NCBI RefSeq assembly: GCF_006345805.1
Contig: NC_043001.1
Span: forward strand, 47,120,001 to 47,184,000
Direction: 5' to 3'
DNA from: Octopus sinensis
Taxonomy: Eukaryota
DNA length: 64,000 nt
Below the pieces are notes generated by a model that was not told where the DNA came from, did no database searches, and saw only the letters and a list, made by a program, of their open reading frames with translations. This document shows positions 39,541 to 52,273 of this stretch, piece after piece; position 1 is the stretch's first letter, and each line of letters starts with the position of its first letter. A program made the translations under genes and the position numbers.

Positions 39541-40397
39541 ATAAATTAATAAATAAAACATATGCATATATACATACATATATGTACGTACCTACCTCTA
39601 CATGTATATATACACGCATATATGGGTACAGGACACCAAAAAAAAAACGTGAACGACCTCTTAGAGGCTTACTCGTGTTTTTAAACGTCGAACACAATGA
39701 GAAACGAAAACATAAACACAAAACCAAGGAACTGGACATTTTTCTTAAACAACGAAAAGATAGAGTACAGGACAAATAACACAAGGAAAATTCCCCTTCG
39801 AAACGCAGAGTAGATGAAACCATGGCGACTGAAGAAGGGGAATTTTCCTTGTAATATTTGTCCTGTACTCTACTTTTTCGTTGCTTATGAAAAATGTCCA
39901 GTTCCTTGGTTTTGTGTTTATGTTTTCGTTTCTCATTGTGTTCGACGTGTTTTTGGTGTCCTGTACCCATATATGTGAAGGCGCGTGGCTCAGTGGTTAA
40001 AGCGTCGAGCTTACGATCGTGAGGTTGTGAGCTTGAATCCCGGACCGGGCTGCGTGTTGTGTTCTTGAGCAAGACACTTTATTTCACGTTGCTCCAGTTC
40101 ACTCAGCTGTAGAAATGAGTTGCGACGTCACAGGTGCCAAGCTGTATCGGCCCTTGCCTTTCCCTTGGGCAACATCGGTGACGTGGAGAGAGGAGGCCGG
40201 TATGCATGGGGGACTGCTGGTCTTCCATAAAAAACAAAAAACAAAAAAAAAAACAACCTTGCCCAGACTTGTGCCTCAGAGGGTGTCTGACCGAAGGGGG
40301 TCACCACCACCACCCATATATGCATGTATATATACATGTAGAGTTAGGTAGTACATATATGTATGTATATATGCATATGTTTTATTTATTAATTTAT
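39541..40397. repeat. Long palindrome (arms about 230-260 bp, 34-bp spacer) interrupted by a SINE
   Basis: 39541-39799 is the reverse complement of 39834-39975 plus 40313-40397. The ORF track shows VEHNEKRKHKHKTKELDIF on both strands. Confidence 0.9.
39976..40312 (+). mobile_element. tRNA-derived SINE with a 10-bp TSD
   Basis: CCCATATATG at 39966-39975 and 40313-40322. Confidence 0.9.
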
Positions 40398-40699
40398 CTA
40401 TTTATATATATATACTTGGTACATATACTTGTGTGCTTCAGCTTACAGCGCATGTGTTTGTGTGTGTGCGCGCGCGCTTAATTCAAAATTTAGGTTACTG
40501 CACATATAGTCGGCCCAATGTATAGAAATGCTATAAAAGTGTTAATGAAACACCTGTTTAAAAACACGAGTAAGCCTCTTAAGAGGTCGTTCACCCTGTT
40601 AGAAATAGCAGCCAAATCTCACTCAACATTATGTTATCCTTTAGGTAGCGTAAATCTTGAGTGAATATAGATGTGTGAATCACACCTTGTTACTTGGCC

Positions 40700-40737
<38 letters not shown>

Positions 40738-41276
40738 GAGGAGGGAACTTCTGTAAATGGATCATTCATCGGTTTCGGTTGAGTCTTCCAGTTTCGATTA
40801 ACTAAACTTTTGACTCATTCTATTAGCATGCAAGTGGTTGAATATACCACAAACACTTTCATTCCTTAAAACAGTTGTGGGCAACCTGCCATCCGCAGTA
40901 CTTTCTGGATGGCTCGCCTACTGAAAAATTACTTTAACCCTTCTGATGCCAACCTGCCCCAAACTGCCTTGACTCTATAAAATGGGCTTCCTGTTTTTAA
41001 GGGATCTAAACGAAATATTTCCACCAAAATTTTATGCTAACATATTAAGTTATTAAGTTGTACATAAATTTCAAAATTAATTGAAACGGGCGTGGCTGTG
41101 TGGTAAGAAGTTTGCTTCCCAACCACATGGTTCCGGTTTCAATCCCCCTGCGTGGCAACTTGGGCAAGTGTCTTCTGCTGTAGTCTCGGGCCGACCAAAC
41201 CCTTGTGAGTGGATCTGGTAGACGGAAGTTGAAAAAAACCCGTCATATATATACACACACACACACACACATACAT

Positions 41277-41334
<58 letters not shown>

Positions 41335-41344
41335 TGTGTGTGTG

Positions 41345-41534
41345 TGTGTGTGAAGTATATTTGCCACTTAAATGTGGCCAACCACTAAGGGTGGATGCTA
41401 CTGTAGCTTGTAGCCCCAGGAGAAGTATATTTGCCACATTTAATTGGCAAATATACCTCACATTGTCGTGCAGCCACTGTTTATACCTCGTTCAGAGATT
41501 TATTATATATATATATATAATATATATATATATA

Positions 41535-41583
<49 letters not shown>

Positions 41584-41729
41584 GTATATTTGCCACTTAA
41601 ATGTGGCCAACCACTAAGGGTGGATGCTACTGTAGCTTGTAGCCCCAGGAGAAGTATATTTGCCACATTTAATTGGCAAATATACCTCACATTGTCGTGC
41701 AGCCACTGTTTATACCTCGTTCAGAGATT

Positions 41730-41772
<43 letters not shown>

Positions 41773-41780
41773 ATATATAT
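41345..41780 (+). repeat. Two-copy tandem duplication (period about 230 bp) with an internal 12-bp-arm hairpin
   Basis: GAAGTATATTTGCCACTTAAATGTGG...CAGAGATTTATTA is repeated. GTATATTTGCCA-CATTTAAT-TGGCAAATATAC lies at 41425-41456. Confidence 0.9.
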
Positions 41781-44700
41781 ATGACAACTTGTGTCTTATA
41801 TGTAGCCCCGAGCTGATTGATGCTTTGTGAGTGGATTTGGTTGACGAAGACTGAAAGCAAACAGTCGCGCGCGTTTCGGTGTCTGTGTTTGTCCCCCACC
41901 ATAACTCGACAACCGATGTTGGCGTGTTTACGTCCCCGTAGCCTAGCGGTTCGGCAAAAGTGACCGATAGAATAAGTGCTAGGCTCATGAAGGATAAGGC
42001 AATTTCTTCGACTAAAACCCTTTAAGGCGGCACTCCAGCATGGCCGCAATCAAATGACATGACTGAAAGAAGTAAAAGAATAAAAGATAGTGTATTTCAA
42101 CAGAAATATGGTAACAGAAGAGTTTAAAGTTCTTCAGTAGCGTGGCCCGTCTGATGATGAGTCATGCCTCATGCGGCTGGCTCCTCATAAAATGTTGCTC
42201 ACGTCTGCTTTAAAGTAATCCTCAAACAGATCTTGCATAACATAACGTGAACAGGCTTCACACAATTTCTATCTACGCAACTTCTGTCACTGATTTGGGT
42301 CAACCCGAGTAGAAAGCAATGAGATCGAACACGGTGAACGTCGTGACTGAAGCTTACTTTAAGATCATCACTCAGTCAGTTATTCTACCTGTATCCAACC
42401 GCTTGGCTATTTACCTTTTATCGTTCACTTGTTTTAGTCATTAGACTGCGGCCATGCTGGGGCATCACCTTGAAGAATGTTAGTCGAATGGAGCGACTCC
42501 AGTACTTATATTCTTTTTCAAGTCTAATACTTATGCTATCGTTTTTTTTTTACCGAACCGCTAAGTTGCGGGGACGCAAACACACCAACACCAGTTGTCA
42601 AGCGGTAGTGGGGGACAAACACAGACACAAAGATATACACACAACACACACACGTATATATAAAATTTAAAATTTAATAAAGTATTATTACCATTATTAA
42701 AAATAACAATAATAATAAAATGGACAGCATGTTTAACTTAAGCAAAATATACAAATAAAGAGTGAGAAATTTGTGGTTTTGGTGTGTTGACTCCTATTTC
42801 TAGGAAGATGATATTTCGGTACCCTAATTTATATATATGTATGCATGCATGCACGCACACACACACACACACACAACGGGCTTCTTTAAGTTTCCGTCTA
42901 CCAAAGCCACTCACAAGGCTTTGATCGGTCAAGGACACTCGCCCAAGGTGCCACGTAGTGGGATTGAACCCGGAACCATGTGATTGAGAAGCAAACTTCT
43001 TACCACACAGTCACGCCAGCAATGTACTATATACTGGATTTTCTAGTTTAATGAAGGTCTGGGTGTCGTAGATTAGATCTACGGACGGCTGTCATTTAGC
43101 AGTGGTTCAAAGCCTGGGCAACAACGCTACCTAGGGGACAGTGACGTCATGGGGCATAGGTACATTGCGCGGTTGCTCGGGGTCCACAAGTCTAGTGGCC
43201 AGTTCTGTTCTATGTATTTGTGGCTTGCAGTTACAAAAACAAATACTGCAAACCAGTCATGGGCTCGGGTACAGGTGGTGCAAGCGCACCTCCTAAAATA
43301 TTTTAGGGGTACAAAATTAAAATTTGCGTCCCTGTTTACTTTTTGCAGGTTTAGAAAACAGCGTAAAACGTGATCTGTAAGAAGTAGTTTGAAGTTAGGT
43401 TTCTTCTCAAAGAACAAAAATAAATAAATAAATAAATAAAAAACCCCAAAATCCAGTAAGTCCATGTTTGTAAAAGATTTTGGACCTCGGTTTGCACTCC
43501 TAAGCAAATTTCGTTCCCTAGTCAGTGGACCCAGTGCACTCAATTGCCTGGGGGTCAAAAATACTGATAAGACGAACCTACTGTTGGGGCATTGTGAGCT
43601 CAAAAGAGGCAGCAAATGTCAAATGGGCATCACGAGCGGCTCTGGGTGATGTGAGCCCTACCTCCTCCAGAAATAACATTTTAACATATTTAAAAGAATA
43701 ATCCTTTTTACTATAGGACAAGGGCTGAAATTTTGGGGGAGGGGTAAGTCGATTACATCGACTCAGTGTTCAACTGGTACTTATTTTATCGGTTCCAAAA
43801 GTATGAAAGGTAAAGTCGACCTCGGCAGATTTGTTTAGCTCAGAATGTAAAGCGGACGAAATGTCGGAAAGCATTTTGCCCGATGGGCGAACGATTCTGC
43901 CCGCTCGCCGACCACATATTTAAAAGAGTAATAAAAGAAAAAAAAATCTTGCGATTAGAATACGTATAGGCATTATATTTATCATCAAGTGAGCAGAAAA
44001 AATGAGTGATGATGTGCCTATATTCATTACAATTTCGTTGTATAAGCCGTCGCTCTCTATCGTAATTTTCATTAAAAAACAAAATATCTAAGGCTCGTGT
44101 TGTATGTATATGGGGACAGTATAAGAAAACATCGGTGTGTAATGGTTTGCACACAGTTTGTTTGGAATATTCTGTTGTTTTAAACATGGAGAGACGACGT
44201 TTTTGAAAAGCTGTTCCTGGAAATGGGTGTTGAACTACAAAAAAGGTTGAGAATATCTGTTGCTTAGCAACACTCTCCGGTTGAAGCTTTTTTGTTAGTT
44301 ACTAATGCTGTTTGACAAAATACATTTTGAGACTGGTGGATACCTTTCTTTTTCAGACCACGAAGAGATTTTATATAAAGGGAAGGTGTTTTGATCTATT
44401 ACATACAGCAGATAAAGAGACGAGGCTGAATAAGGAAGCGAATGACGTCGTCAACCAAAACCGAAAGATTACCCATACAGTAAAATCTAGCGAGGTACTC
44501 TGAAATAGATAATAATATTGAAATAAAACACTGATAAAACATTAGTATAATATAAATCTCATTTATCATCAGTAAATGTGAGGTTTTCATTTTTGTAAAC
44601 ATATCATGATCGTCAGGACTGTTAGAAATAGCAGTCAAACTACCTTCAAATTCGAACTTACTGTCTTAAAAATGGAAAGAGTACATTGAATAAAAATGGT

Positions 44701-45014
44701 TCTGAATACCCATTAAAAGCTGGGATGGTCACTGGTAGAGTGCCTTTGATGACTGTCAACTCGGTCAAGTTGACCTGGGGACAAAAACAGCAATTAAATC
44801 TTTAAATCATACCCTAGTGTCATAAAGATAGGAATGGTGATATAATTCAGGGTACATGGCTGGTCAAAGGTGCAATGCCTCTGGTCAAAGATCAATGAAC
44901 TGGAGCAACAACAATAATAATCGATATTAGGTAGCAGTGTATAGATAAACAGAAAAAAGTAAAAGTGGACGGAGTAATTTTTGTGATGTCATAAATGATT
45001 AACTTTTTTAAAAA

Positions 45015-45034
45015 AGAAAATTCTCGAATGCTCT
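45015..45034. promoter_or_regulatory. Heat-shock element (distal)
   Basis: aGAAa-aTTCt-cGAAt-gCTCt: three perfect alternating nGAAn units and one with a single mismatch, about 480 bp upstream of the sHSP ATG. Confidence 0.8.
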
Positions 45035-45160
45035 TTAAAAATTTTAACACTTTGTAGAAAATAGTCTAGAACTCAAATGCTTCTAAGAAAACATTTCTAC
45101 AGGGCATGTTGTGAAGAAAGTTATCGATATCAAAATATAAGATTAATAAAACTAATGCGG

Positions 45161-45194
45161 TGACGTCAGCCTATAGAGAAGTCGAGAAATTTCC
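45161..45194. promoter_or_regulatory. Perfect CRE (TGACGTCA) adjacent to a second, degenerate HSE
   Basis: TGACGTCA at 45161-45168, and aGAGa-aGTCg-aGAAa-tTTCc at 45175-45194. Confidence 0.6.
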
Positions 45195-45411
45195 TTCGCC
45201 TGCTAGAAGCGTGTGGATTATCTCGCGCACACTCACACTTAGACACTCACACTTAGACTCTCACTCATACTCACACATTCATAAATTCATCCTTTCAAAT
45301 CACGTATACACACGACCTTTCACTCATACTGATACGCACACACTGACACTCTTACTCTTTCTTGTACATTCTACTATCTTCTCCCACCTTCCACTAACGC
45401 TTGCTTGCAAC

Positions 45412-45418
45412 TATAAAA
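45412..45418 (+). promoter_or_regulatory. TATA box of the sHSP gene
   Basis: CTATAAAAG lies 92-98 bp upstream of the ATG, which implies a TSS near 45445. Confidence 0.75.
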
Positions 45419-45509
45419 GCCAGCCCTCGCCTCTCTGACTATCAAACACGGTGTCTGCAGTTGTTCTGTTTACATATCAGAAGCAGTTGTACGCAACTAA
45501 CATTTAACC

Positions 45510-46028
45510 ATGTCTCGCGATTTAATGATTCCGTTGAGCACAATGCCCTGGGGGTTCTTTGACAGACAAAGGAGCTTATTTTCGGAAATCCATAAGAATA
45601 TGGAAGATGAATTTAAAAGATTCGATCTAGAATTAGATAGAATTCGTAAAGATTTGTTTAAACTGGAACCGTTGAGTATTGAAGATTTCGGTAAAACAAA
45701 CATGCTCCAAGTTGAAAACCCTATTGTCAAAGACAGTGAAGGTAACAAAAAACTGGCGTTGCGCTTCGATGTTAGTAACTTTAAACCCGATGAAATTTGC
45801 GTCAAGACCACCGACAACACTTTACATATACAAGCCAAGCACGAAGAAAAAACCCCACAGAAACAAGTATACAGGGAGTTTAGTCGGCATTACACTCTTC
45901 CAAAATCTGTGGACCCTCTGAAGTTATCATCGATTCTCACCAAGGACGGGGTCCTTCATATTGAAGCACCTGCACCAGAAGCAATTGAAGCTCCGTCCGA
46001 AAGACTTATTCCCATTCAGAAATGTTAA
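45510..46028 (+). CDS. Small heat-shock protein (HSP20/alpha-crystallin family), 172 aa, single exon
   Basis: The alpha-crystallin domain reads LRFDVSNFKPDEICVKT...LHIQAKHEEK...YREFSRHYTLP..VDP..LSSILTKDGVLHIEAP, with a C-terminal IXI motif (LIPIQ). The ORF is intact, starts in an ACCATG context and has upstream HSE and TATA elements. Confidence 0.96.
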   Translation: MSRDLMIPLSTMPWGFFDRQRSLFSEIHKNMEDEFKRFDLELDRIRKDLFKLEPLSIEDFGKTNMLQVENPIVKDSEGNKKLALRFDVSNFKPDEICVKTTDNTLHIQAKHEEKTPQKQVYREFSRHYTLPKSVDPLKLSSILTKDGVLHIEAPAPEAIEAPSERLIPIQKC

Positions 46029-47975
46029 AAAAAAAAAAACAAAAAAAAACTAAAACAAATGATCTTTAAATTTTCTCATCTCACTTTAGAAGAATCTGAA
46101 TCATCGAACTTTATAAAGGAAAAAAAAAAACTGATCCTGAAAATGGACAATTTCACATAGGTGAGCTACTTCGTTACAAACATTTATTTTACAATGGCCC
46201 ATTAGAAGGACATTTTCCTGTCATTATTATACTCCTTATAAGAATTGTTCTGTATTAAATTACGATATAAATTTTTTTCTGGATATTTTCAATTAATGTC
46301 TTGTGTTTTCTTTATCCGTTTGACAATACATATTTTATGCTGGAAGTTTCGGTTACCAGGCCTAAACAACTATTTCACATATGAAGTGTATGATACAAAA
46401 TTTTAATATTGAATTTCTCCACACTATAATTTATTTAAAGAAAACGTTTTTTTGTGAGAAAGTCTTTTGAGTCTGAGAAAAAAGATAACTTGGTACTTGT
46501 TTTAGGCTATGGAATCAAAACTTGGGTTTTATTAAAATGCATGTTTTTATTATTTACTTTTAACCACCACACGTTAAATCGACTTTTTATCATTACAGGT
46601 CTGGCCTATAGCATATAGACATATCCTATTTTCATTTCGAAATTTTAATAGTCTCTTCAAGTTAACTTACGCAAAAAAAAACAAAAAAAACTAGAAAACT
46701 TGGCTCTTTTTTTGTTTTTTGTTTACATTTATACGCCTTTTGTGGCAAAGGAAGTGAAAACTCGAATAACATAATATGAATGTTCAAGTGTTTTGCGTTA
46801 ATGCTTAAGTGTTCTTGCATTTTAATAAATTCCTTCCCACTTTTAAAATGTACAAATTTGACAGCTCTGAAGCTTACCAAGTTATTAATCTTCTTGCTTG
46901 GAAATTACTCGAAGCTCCAAATTATTTCTCTTTGTTATCAAACTCAAAGGGTCTTTCTGCTGAGGGGTGAAAAGGGCTTCCTTATTTTCGTTCGTAAAGA
47001 TGAAATTTGACAGGTCTCTCGTCATTGTCAACTGAAATATATATTTCAGCGCTAGTGATAAACATCAATTCTTAGGCTCTTTTTCTTCAGTGAGAATTCA
47101 GGAAGTTTTTAAAATTATTTTGTTTGTAAACTGAAATCAGAGCTTTTTAAAAGTACAGTTCATGTTTAGTAATGAATAATTTATTTAAAAAATTCAGTAG
47201 TTGGTATTGTTTTTATTAAATGATTGTAAAAATAACACACTGACATAATACTTGCTGTTTACAAGCTATAAACGACAGGAGTTGACGTACCAACAAGAGA
47301 GGCTCTCATTCGCGTTGTCGCTCGATCTGCTAGAAATAGCAGACAAATCACATTCTACCGCTTAAAAAACATACAAAGGGTTGTTCTAATACACTGAAAA
47401 AAGTAAAGCTATATAATGTCACTGCTGGAATGCTTGTTGATCAGAGGCCAGCTCAACCAGGGCAGAATTGGGTTGTAAATCTATCTTGTTTCTTTCACTC
47501 TCTCCTACATAAAAGTGGATTCGAAAGTCAGTTACAGTCGACAACTACAACAAGCAGTTTAGAATATCACTATGGCAACTCGGTGATAAAGGAAACGGCT
47601 GTCTGGTTTTGAAAAATGAATAACTTTTAGATGAGTTATTTTTAGTTAATTTGTATTTTAGTGAATGGTACATTAACAGAACTTGGAAAGACCTTTCTCA
47701 GTCAATGGCCTTCGCAGGCCTTTCTGAGACCGTTGAGATTGCGGTTGACGGCTGACAGCGGACCCTAGGGTATAAATATTATATACAGAGTGTAGGCAGG
47801 ACAGGTCCAAGACATTAGTGTAGTAGAAGCCATGTGAAGTCTACAGTGTTGGTATGTTTAACGATAAGTCGGTCTTGATTGAATAGGCGTTCGACTGCCT
47901 ACAGCTTCGTTTTTCTGTGTCCAGGGCGACATTGTCCTGTGCAGGATTTTTGTTTATCAGCAACTAGCATTTCAA

Positions 47976-48206
47976 GGTACTATTTAAGAAGAGCGGTCCC
48001 GGGTGCGCGCACTCACGCATCCGCGCTAGCTAGTCGTGACTAGTCGATCCTACAACGACTACCTAGCAAAGTAAATAAAACACAAAAACACAAGGTAAAT
48101 AATTTTTTAAAACAAAGTAAATAAAACAAACACAAAGTAAGGATCGACTAGTCACGACTAGCTAGCGCGGATGCACGCACTAGGACCACTCTTCTTAAAT
48201 AGTACC
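47976..48206. mobile_element. MITE with GG...CC termini and a perfect 9-bp TSD
   Basis: GCATTTCAA|GGTACTATTTAAGAAGAG...CTCTTCTTAAATAGTACC|GCATTTCAA. Confidence 0.92.
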
Positions 48207-48333
48207 GCATTTCAAATGGCGATCGACGAAATATTGTTTTCTTGTGAACATTAACCATTTTTTTTTGTATATGAAGTACCTGCGGCCAACTTGTTTTTAG
48301 TGCTTGAATCATTTTTGCGTTTATTTTATTATT

Positions 48334-48757
48334 GGCGATCTTTCGTCTCTAGTAGACCTTTCCGTCGATTTCCGTAAAAAATTTTTTTTTTTACATATGG
48401 GCTTGCGGGAACTTTTGAAGTAATATACATACATATACACATACACCGAGTAAAAAATTTCAGTTATCTCTTTCTTTCACACATTACTCTGTCTCTTCAC
48501 ACACACTAACAGAAGCACTTCACTTACACAACATACTGTCTGTCTCCCACACCCCATCAAACACACACACACACACACACACATGTACATCAATGCTTCC
48601 CATGCACGGTAACTTCAAAAGAACTTCCCTCGTCATACAATCGCTTTCCCTTAGTCTCTTTCGCTCTCATTACTTCAAAAGTTCCCGCAAGCCCATATGT
48701 AAAAAAAAAAAAATTACGGAAATCGACGGAAAGGTCTACTAGAGACGAAAGATTGCC
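48334..48757. mobile_element. MITE with approximately 90-bp TIRs, GG...CC termini and an 8-bp TSD
   Basis: TTATTATT|GGCGATCTTTCGTCTCTAGTAGACC...GGTCTACTAGAGACGAAAGATTGCC|TTATTATT. Confidence 0.9.
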
Positions 48758-49244
48758 TTATTATTTTATATATAAATATGTGTGAGTGAGCTTTGTGTCC
48801 ATTTAAGGATAGAAATTAACTAGGCAAAAAAAATTAAGCTTATGACAAATTAGCGTAAAAAAAAACAAACAAAACTGCTCAGCTGCCCAGCAAGGTTGTA
48901 CTAGCTGCTGATTGGTAAAGAGAAAAGTCAAGCCCTAAACTCTGAAAATATGGTTGCTATGCAAGATTTGTCGAGCGTTTGCGAGGCGGTTCTCTCGCTG
49001 AATATATTAATGGCTTGATGAAGCACAGTGTATTGTAGTTAATAGCCACCAGACTAAAAGATGTGCTGGGGTGAACTGCATCGTCATCGAGTAAATCTTT
49101 AAAAGCAGTAGTTAACAACGTTTTTTGCATCACGGATTAGTTCCATGCAAAACAAATTTTCCAAGGACCGGTGGGTCATGCACACAATAAAACAATGCAT
49201 AAAATATATAATTACAATGCAAATTGTAATTATATCGCAGTGTC

Positions 49245-49555
49245 GCAGGAGTGGCTGTGTGGTAAGTAGCTTGCTTACCAACCACATGGTTCCGGGTTCA
49301 GTCCCACTGCGTGGCACCTTGGGCAAGTGTCTTTTACTATAGCCTTGTGAGTGGATTTGGTAGACTGAAACTGAAAGAAGCCTGTCGTATATATGTATAT
49401 ATATATATATATATATTAAGGTATGTAGGTATGTAGAAAAATACAACATGGACAAGAACGTATAACTCATAGAAGACGATACAATAAACATGGACAGGAC
49501 ATTCGAACCCCTCAGTCTTCAGTCAAGAACCGGATCATCGTAGTAATTTCGGCTG

Positions 49556-49592
<37 letters not shown>

Positions 49593-49805
49593 CGTTTGTG
49601 TCTGTGTTTGTCCCCCCCAACATCGCTTGATAACCGATGCTGGTGTGTTTACATCCTCGTAACTTAGCGGTTCGGCAAAAAGAGACCGATAGAATAAGTA
49701 CTAGGCTTACAAAGAATAAGATCTGGGGTCGATGTGCTCGACTACAGGCGGTGCTCCAGCATGGCCGCAGTCAAATGACTGAAACAAGTAAAAGAGAGTA
49801 AAGAG
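49245..49805 (+). mobile_element. Abundant SINE family (tRNA-like head, internal microsatellite, GAAACAAGTAAAAG tail)
   Basis: Head GTGGCTGTGTGGTAAG...GGTTCAGTCCC...TTGGGCAAGTG and tail CAGCATGGCCGCAGTCAAATGACTGAAAC. Fragments recur at about 11140, 23500, 29370, 30260-30840, 32020-32460, 41090, 41780, 42430, 42875, 50770 and 55530. Confidence 0.8.
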
Positions 49806-50001
49806 AGAAATTCGAACCCGTAAGACAAGTGAGGCCGCCGGGCAACTGCCCAGCGTGCTCATGGCTAGTCTACTAGCAAGACTTTAGTCGGCCCGGTGTT
49901 CTAGTAGAAGACATACCCGCATGACTGAACGCGGAGTTGAAAATCAAAGTTTTTTGTTACACAGCTACGCCCATATATGTACATATAAAATTAAACTTTT
50001 A

Positions 50002-50768
50002 GGATCTTTTCGCTTTGACGGGCAGATTTTTGAAATAATTTCTTTGTAATTAAACACTTTTAAACTTCGTGTACTGGTAGAATGTGTTACATAAAACATC
50101 TTTTTCTCTTGGCATTCTTGAGAAAATTCTGTAGTTTGTAAGCTATTTGTTGTTTAATTTCTTGCATTTCGGCAATTTCAACCAATCAATGACGTCTATT
50201 GAGGTGAATACAATTTCTCCGGTTCTTTGTCAACAACATTTTCTGGCGGTGTCATATCAATTTGTCACTGTTATTTATGACATATTTCATATCAGTTACG
50301 TTCGTATGAATAAAAGATTATCGTTATTAAACTTTTATTAATAAACACATATTCTAAGTTCACAACATATGCAGTTTTAATTTCCCTCTCTGTTTAAGAA
50401 CCAGATTGGGTTTATTTATATTTCTGAAGAAAAAAAGATACCCTTCCTCCCACCGCTAACCCTTACCCCTAACACTAACCCTAACCCAGATTGAAATGCA
50501 ATAGATCGATACTAGGGTCATAATTATGGGTGGACACTAAAGAGGGAACGGTTTTGTTATCCAGCTCTGTTTACGAGTGACCCCTCAGTTTATGGTCACG
50601 GTATCTTTTTTCTCATAAATAACAGTGACATATTGATATGACACCGCCAGAAAATGTTGACAAAGAACCAGAGAAATTGTATTCACCTCAATAGACGTCA
50701 TTGATTGGTTGAAATTGCCGAAATGCAAGAAATTAAACAACAAATAGCTTACAAACTACAGAATTTTC
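50002..50768. mobile_element. Longer member of the GGATC MITE family with internal CCCTAA repeats; right end replaced by a SINE fragment
   Basis: The left TIR matches 25479. 50123-50280 is inverted relative to 50611-50768, and telomere-like CCCTAA repeats lie at 50456-50487. Confidence 0.8.
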
Positions 50769-51299
50769 GTGGTTCCGGGTTCAGTCCTACCATGTGGTAC
50801 CTTGGGCAAGTGTCTTCCACTAGCCTCGAGCCGACCAAAGCCTTGTGGGTGGATTTAGTTGATGGTTCGGCGAAAGAGAACATGTACAGGTATATGGAGT
50901 CCATAAGTTCGACTAAAATTCTTCAAGGCGGTGCCCCAGTATGGCCGCAGTCCGACTGAAACAAAGGATAAAAGAATTCAAGTAGAAGGCCAGCAGTTTC
51001 GAAGGGGGGCGTTAGTCCATTACATCGAATCCCATTCTTGACTGGTACCCAATCTCGGAATCAGAAGTAAAGTTAACCACGGTCAGATTTGAACTCAAAA
51101 TGTAATGAACTGAAAGACTTTAAAACAGTGTTTCAGACGCTCCAACTAGTCTACAGGATCCACCATTCGAAGTTAGTATCCTTAACCAGTGATAACGTGC
51201 ATTCGCTCGACCTGCTAAAACTAGCAAACAAAAATATACATACATACACAAATATAAACGATTCAGCTGGGGGAAAAAAAATTACGAAAATTGCCGAAG

Positions 51300-51640
51300 A
51301 AATCATCATCATCATTGTTCGACCGTGGTCGAGACAATGGAATTTACCATGCTACGCCAGACTTCACGGTCCATCATGGCATTACGGAGGTCCTGTTGCT
51401 GGATGCCTGTATCCCTGGAGATTACATCTGGGTAGGAGAGTGTGCGCCCTCTGGTATTGCGAGTAGATGGCTTCCAGAGGAGAAGAGTAGAAGGCTTCCA
51501 GAGGAGAAGAGTAGAAATTACTTCTTTTTCAGCTCTACAACAATGTCCAGCAAACTGGACTCTCCTAACTTTCACAATACTTTCACTTCTCATGTATGGC
51601 TGTCGAAAGATTGCCCACTTTCTCTATAAATATGTGACCA
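51300..51640 (-). mobile_element. RTE-clade LINE 3' end with a (GAT)n tail
   Basis: ORF 51312-51593 reads RRVQFAGHCCR...LLLWKP...RGRTLSYPDVISRDTG...MMDREVWR. It contains a short internal tandem duplication (STLLLWKP twice). Confidence 0.8.
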
Positions 51641-52002
51641 ACATAAGAAATACCTTGTAAGGAAATATACATGCCTTGTTTAAGATATTTTCTGTTTTTT
51701 TTCCTTCTTTTCTTGGCCTTTATCAAATAACACAAATGAAAACTTGATCCTGTGGGCATAACAAGTATATCAACTTCGCGAAAGAAAACATAACAGCAAC
51801 ACGTGTTTAGATTAGATTTCATAATATCTGATAAATTCTTATGCTGTGAAGAAAAATGAAAGATCGGCCGAATGATGTGTTTTGGAATTTCAATAACGGT
51901 TCCTAGAAAATGAATTGTATAAATTTATCTAATACTTCGTTTGAACTTGTACTTTTTCTGAAATACTTGTTTCTTGAGATGGTTTTAAAAAGCAAAAAAA
52001 AA

Positions 52003-52273
52003 GGCATTCTTTCGATTTGACTCGACGAGACCAAAACAAAACTTCGGTTGTTTCCGTGACAACTTGACAATTCACTTCGGATATCTTCGTGACAGCTGCT
52101 GCACACACACACACGCACACGCACACACACACACACGCACACACACACACACATTAGCTTCTCCCATGTTAGCAGCTGTCACGGAGGTCACGAAGATATC
52201 CAATGTAAATTGTCGAGTTGTCACGGAAACAACCGAGATTTTTGATCTCGTCGAGTCAAATCGAAAGAATACC
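52003..52273. mobile_element. Small foldback element or MITE (about 90-bp arms around (CA)n)
   Basis: GGCATTCTTTCGATTTGACTCGACGAGA... versus ...TCTCGTCGAGTCAAATCGAAAGAATACC. Confidence 0.75.

Noticed and set aside
39793-39840. CCCCTTCGAAAC...CTGAAGAAGGGG as a type II hammerhead
   Set aside because: The pairing consumes core G8/A9 and is explained by the palindrome arms; there is no stem I or III.
46026-46060. A-rich tract after the sHSP stop as evidence of a processed pseudogene
   Set aside because: The ORF is intact, a TATA/HSE promoter is present, no TSD was found, and heat-shock genes are commonly intronless.
47600-47960. Possible Tc1/mariner relic (QDNVALDT on the minus strand)
   Set aside because: Only one weak motif, too degenerate to support.
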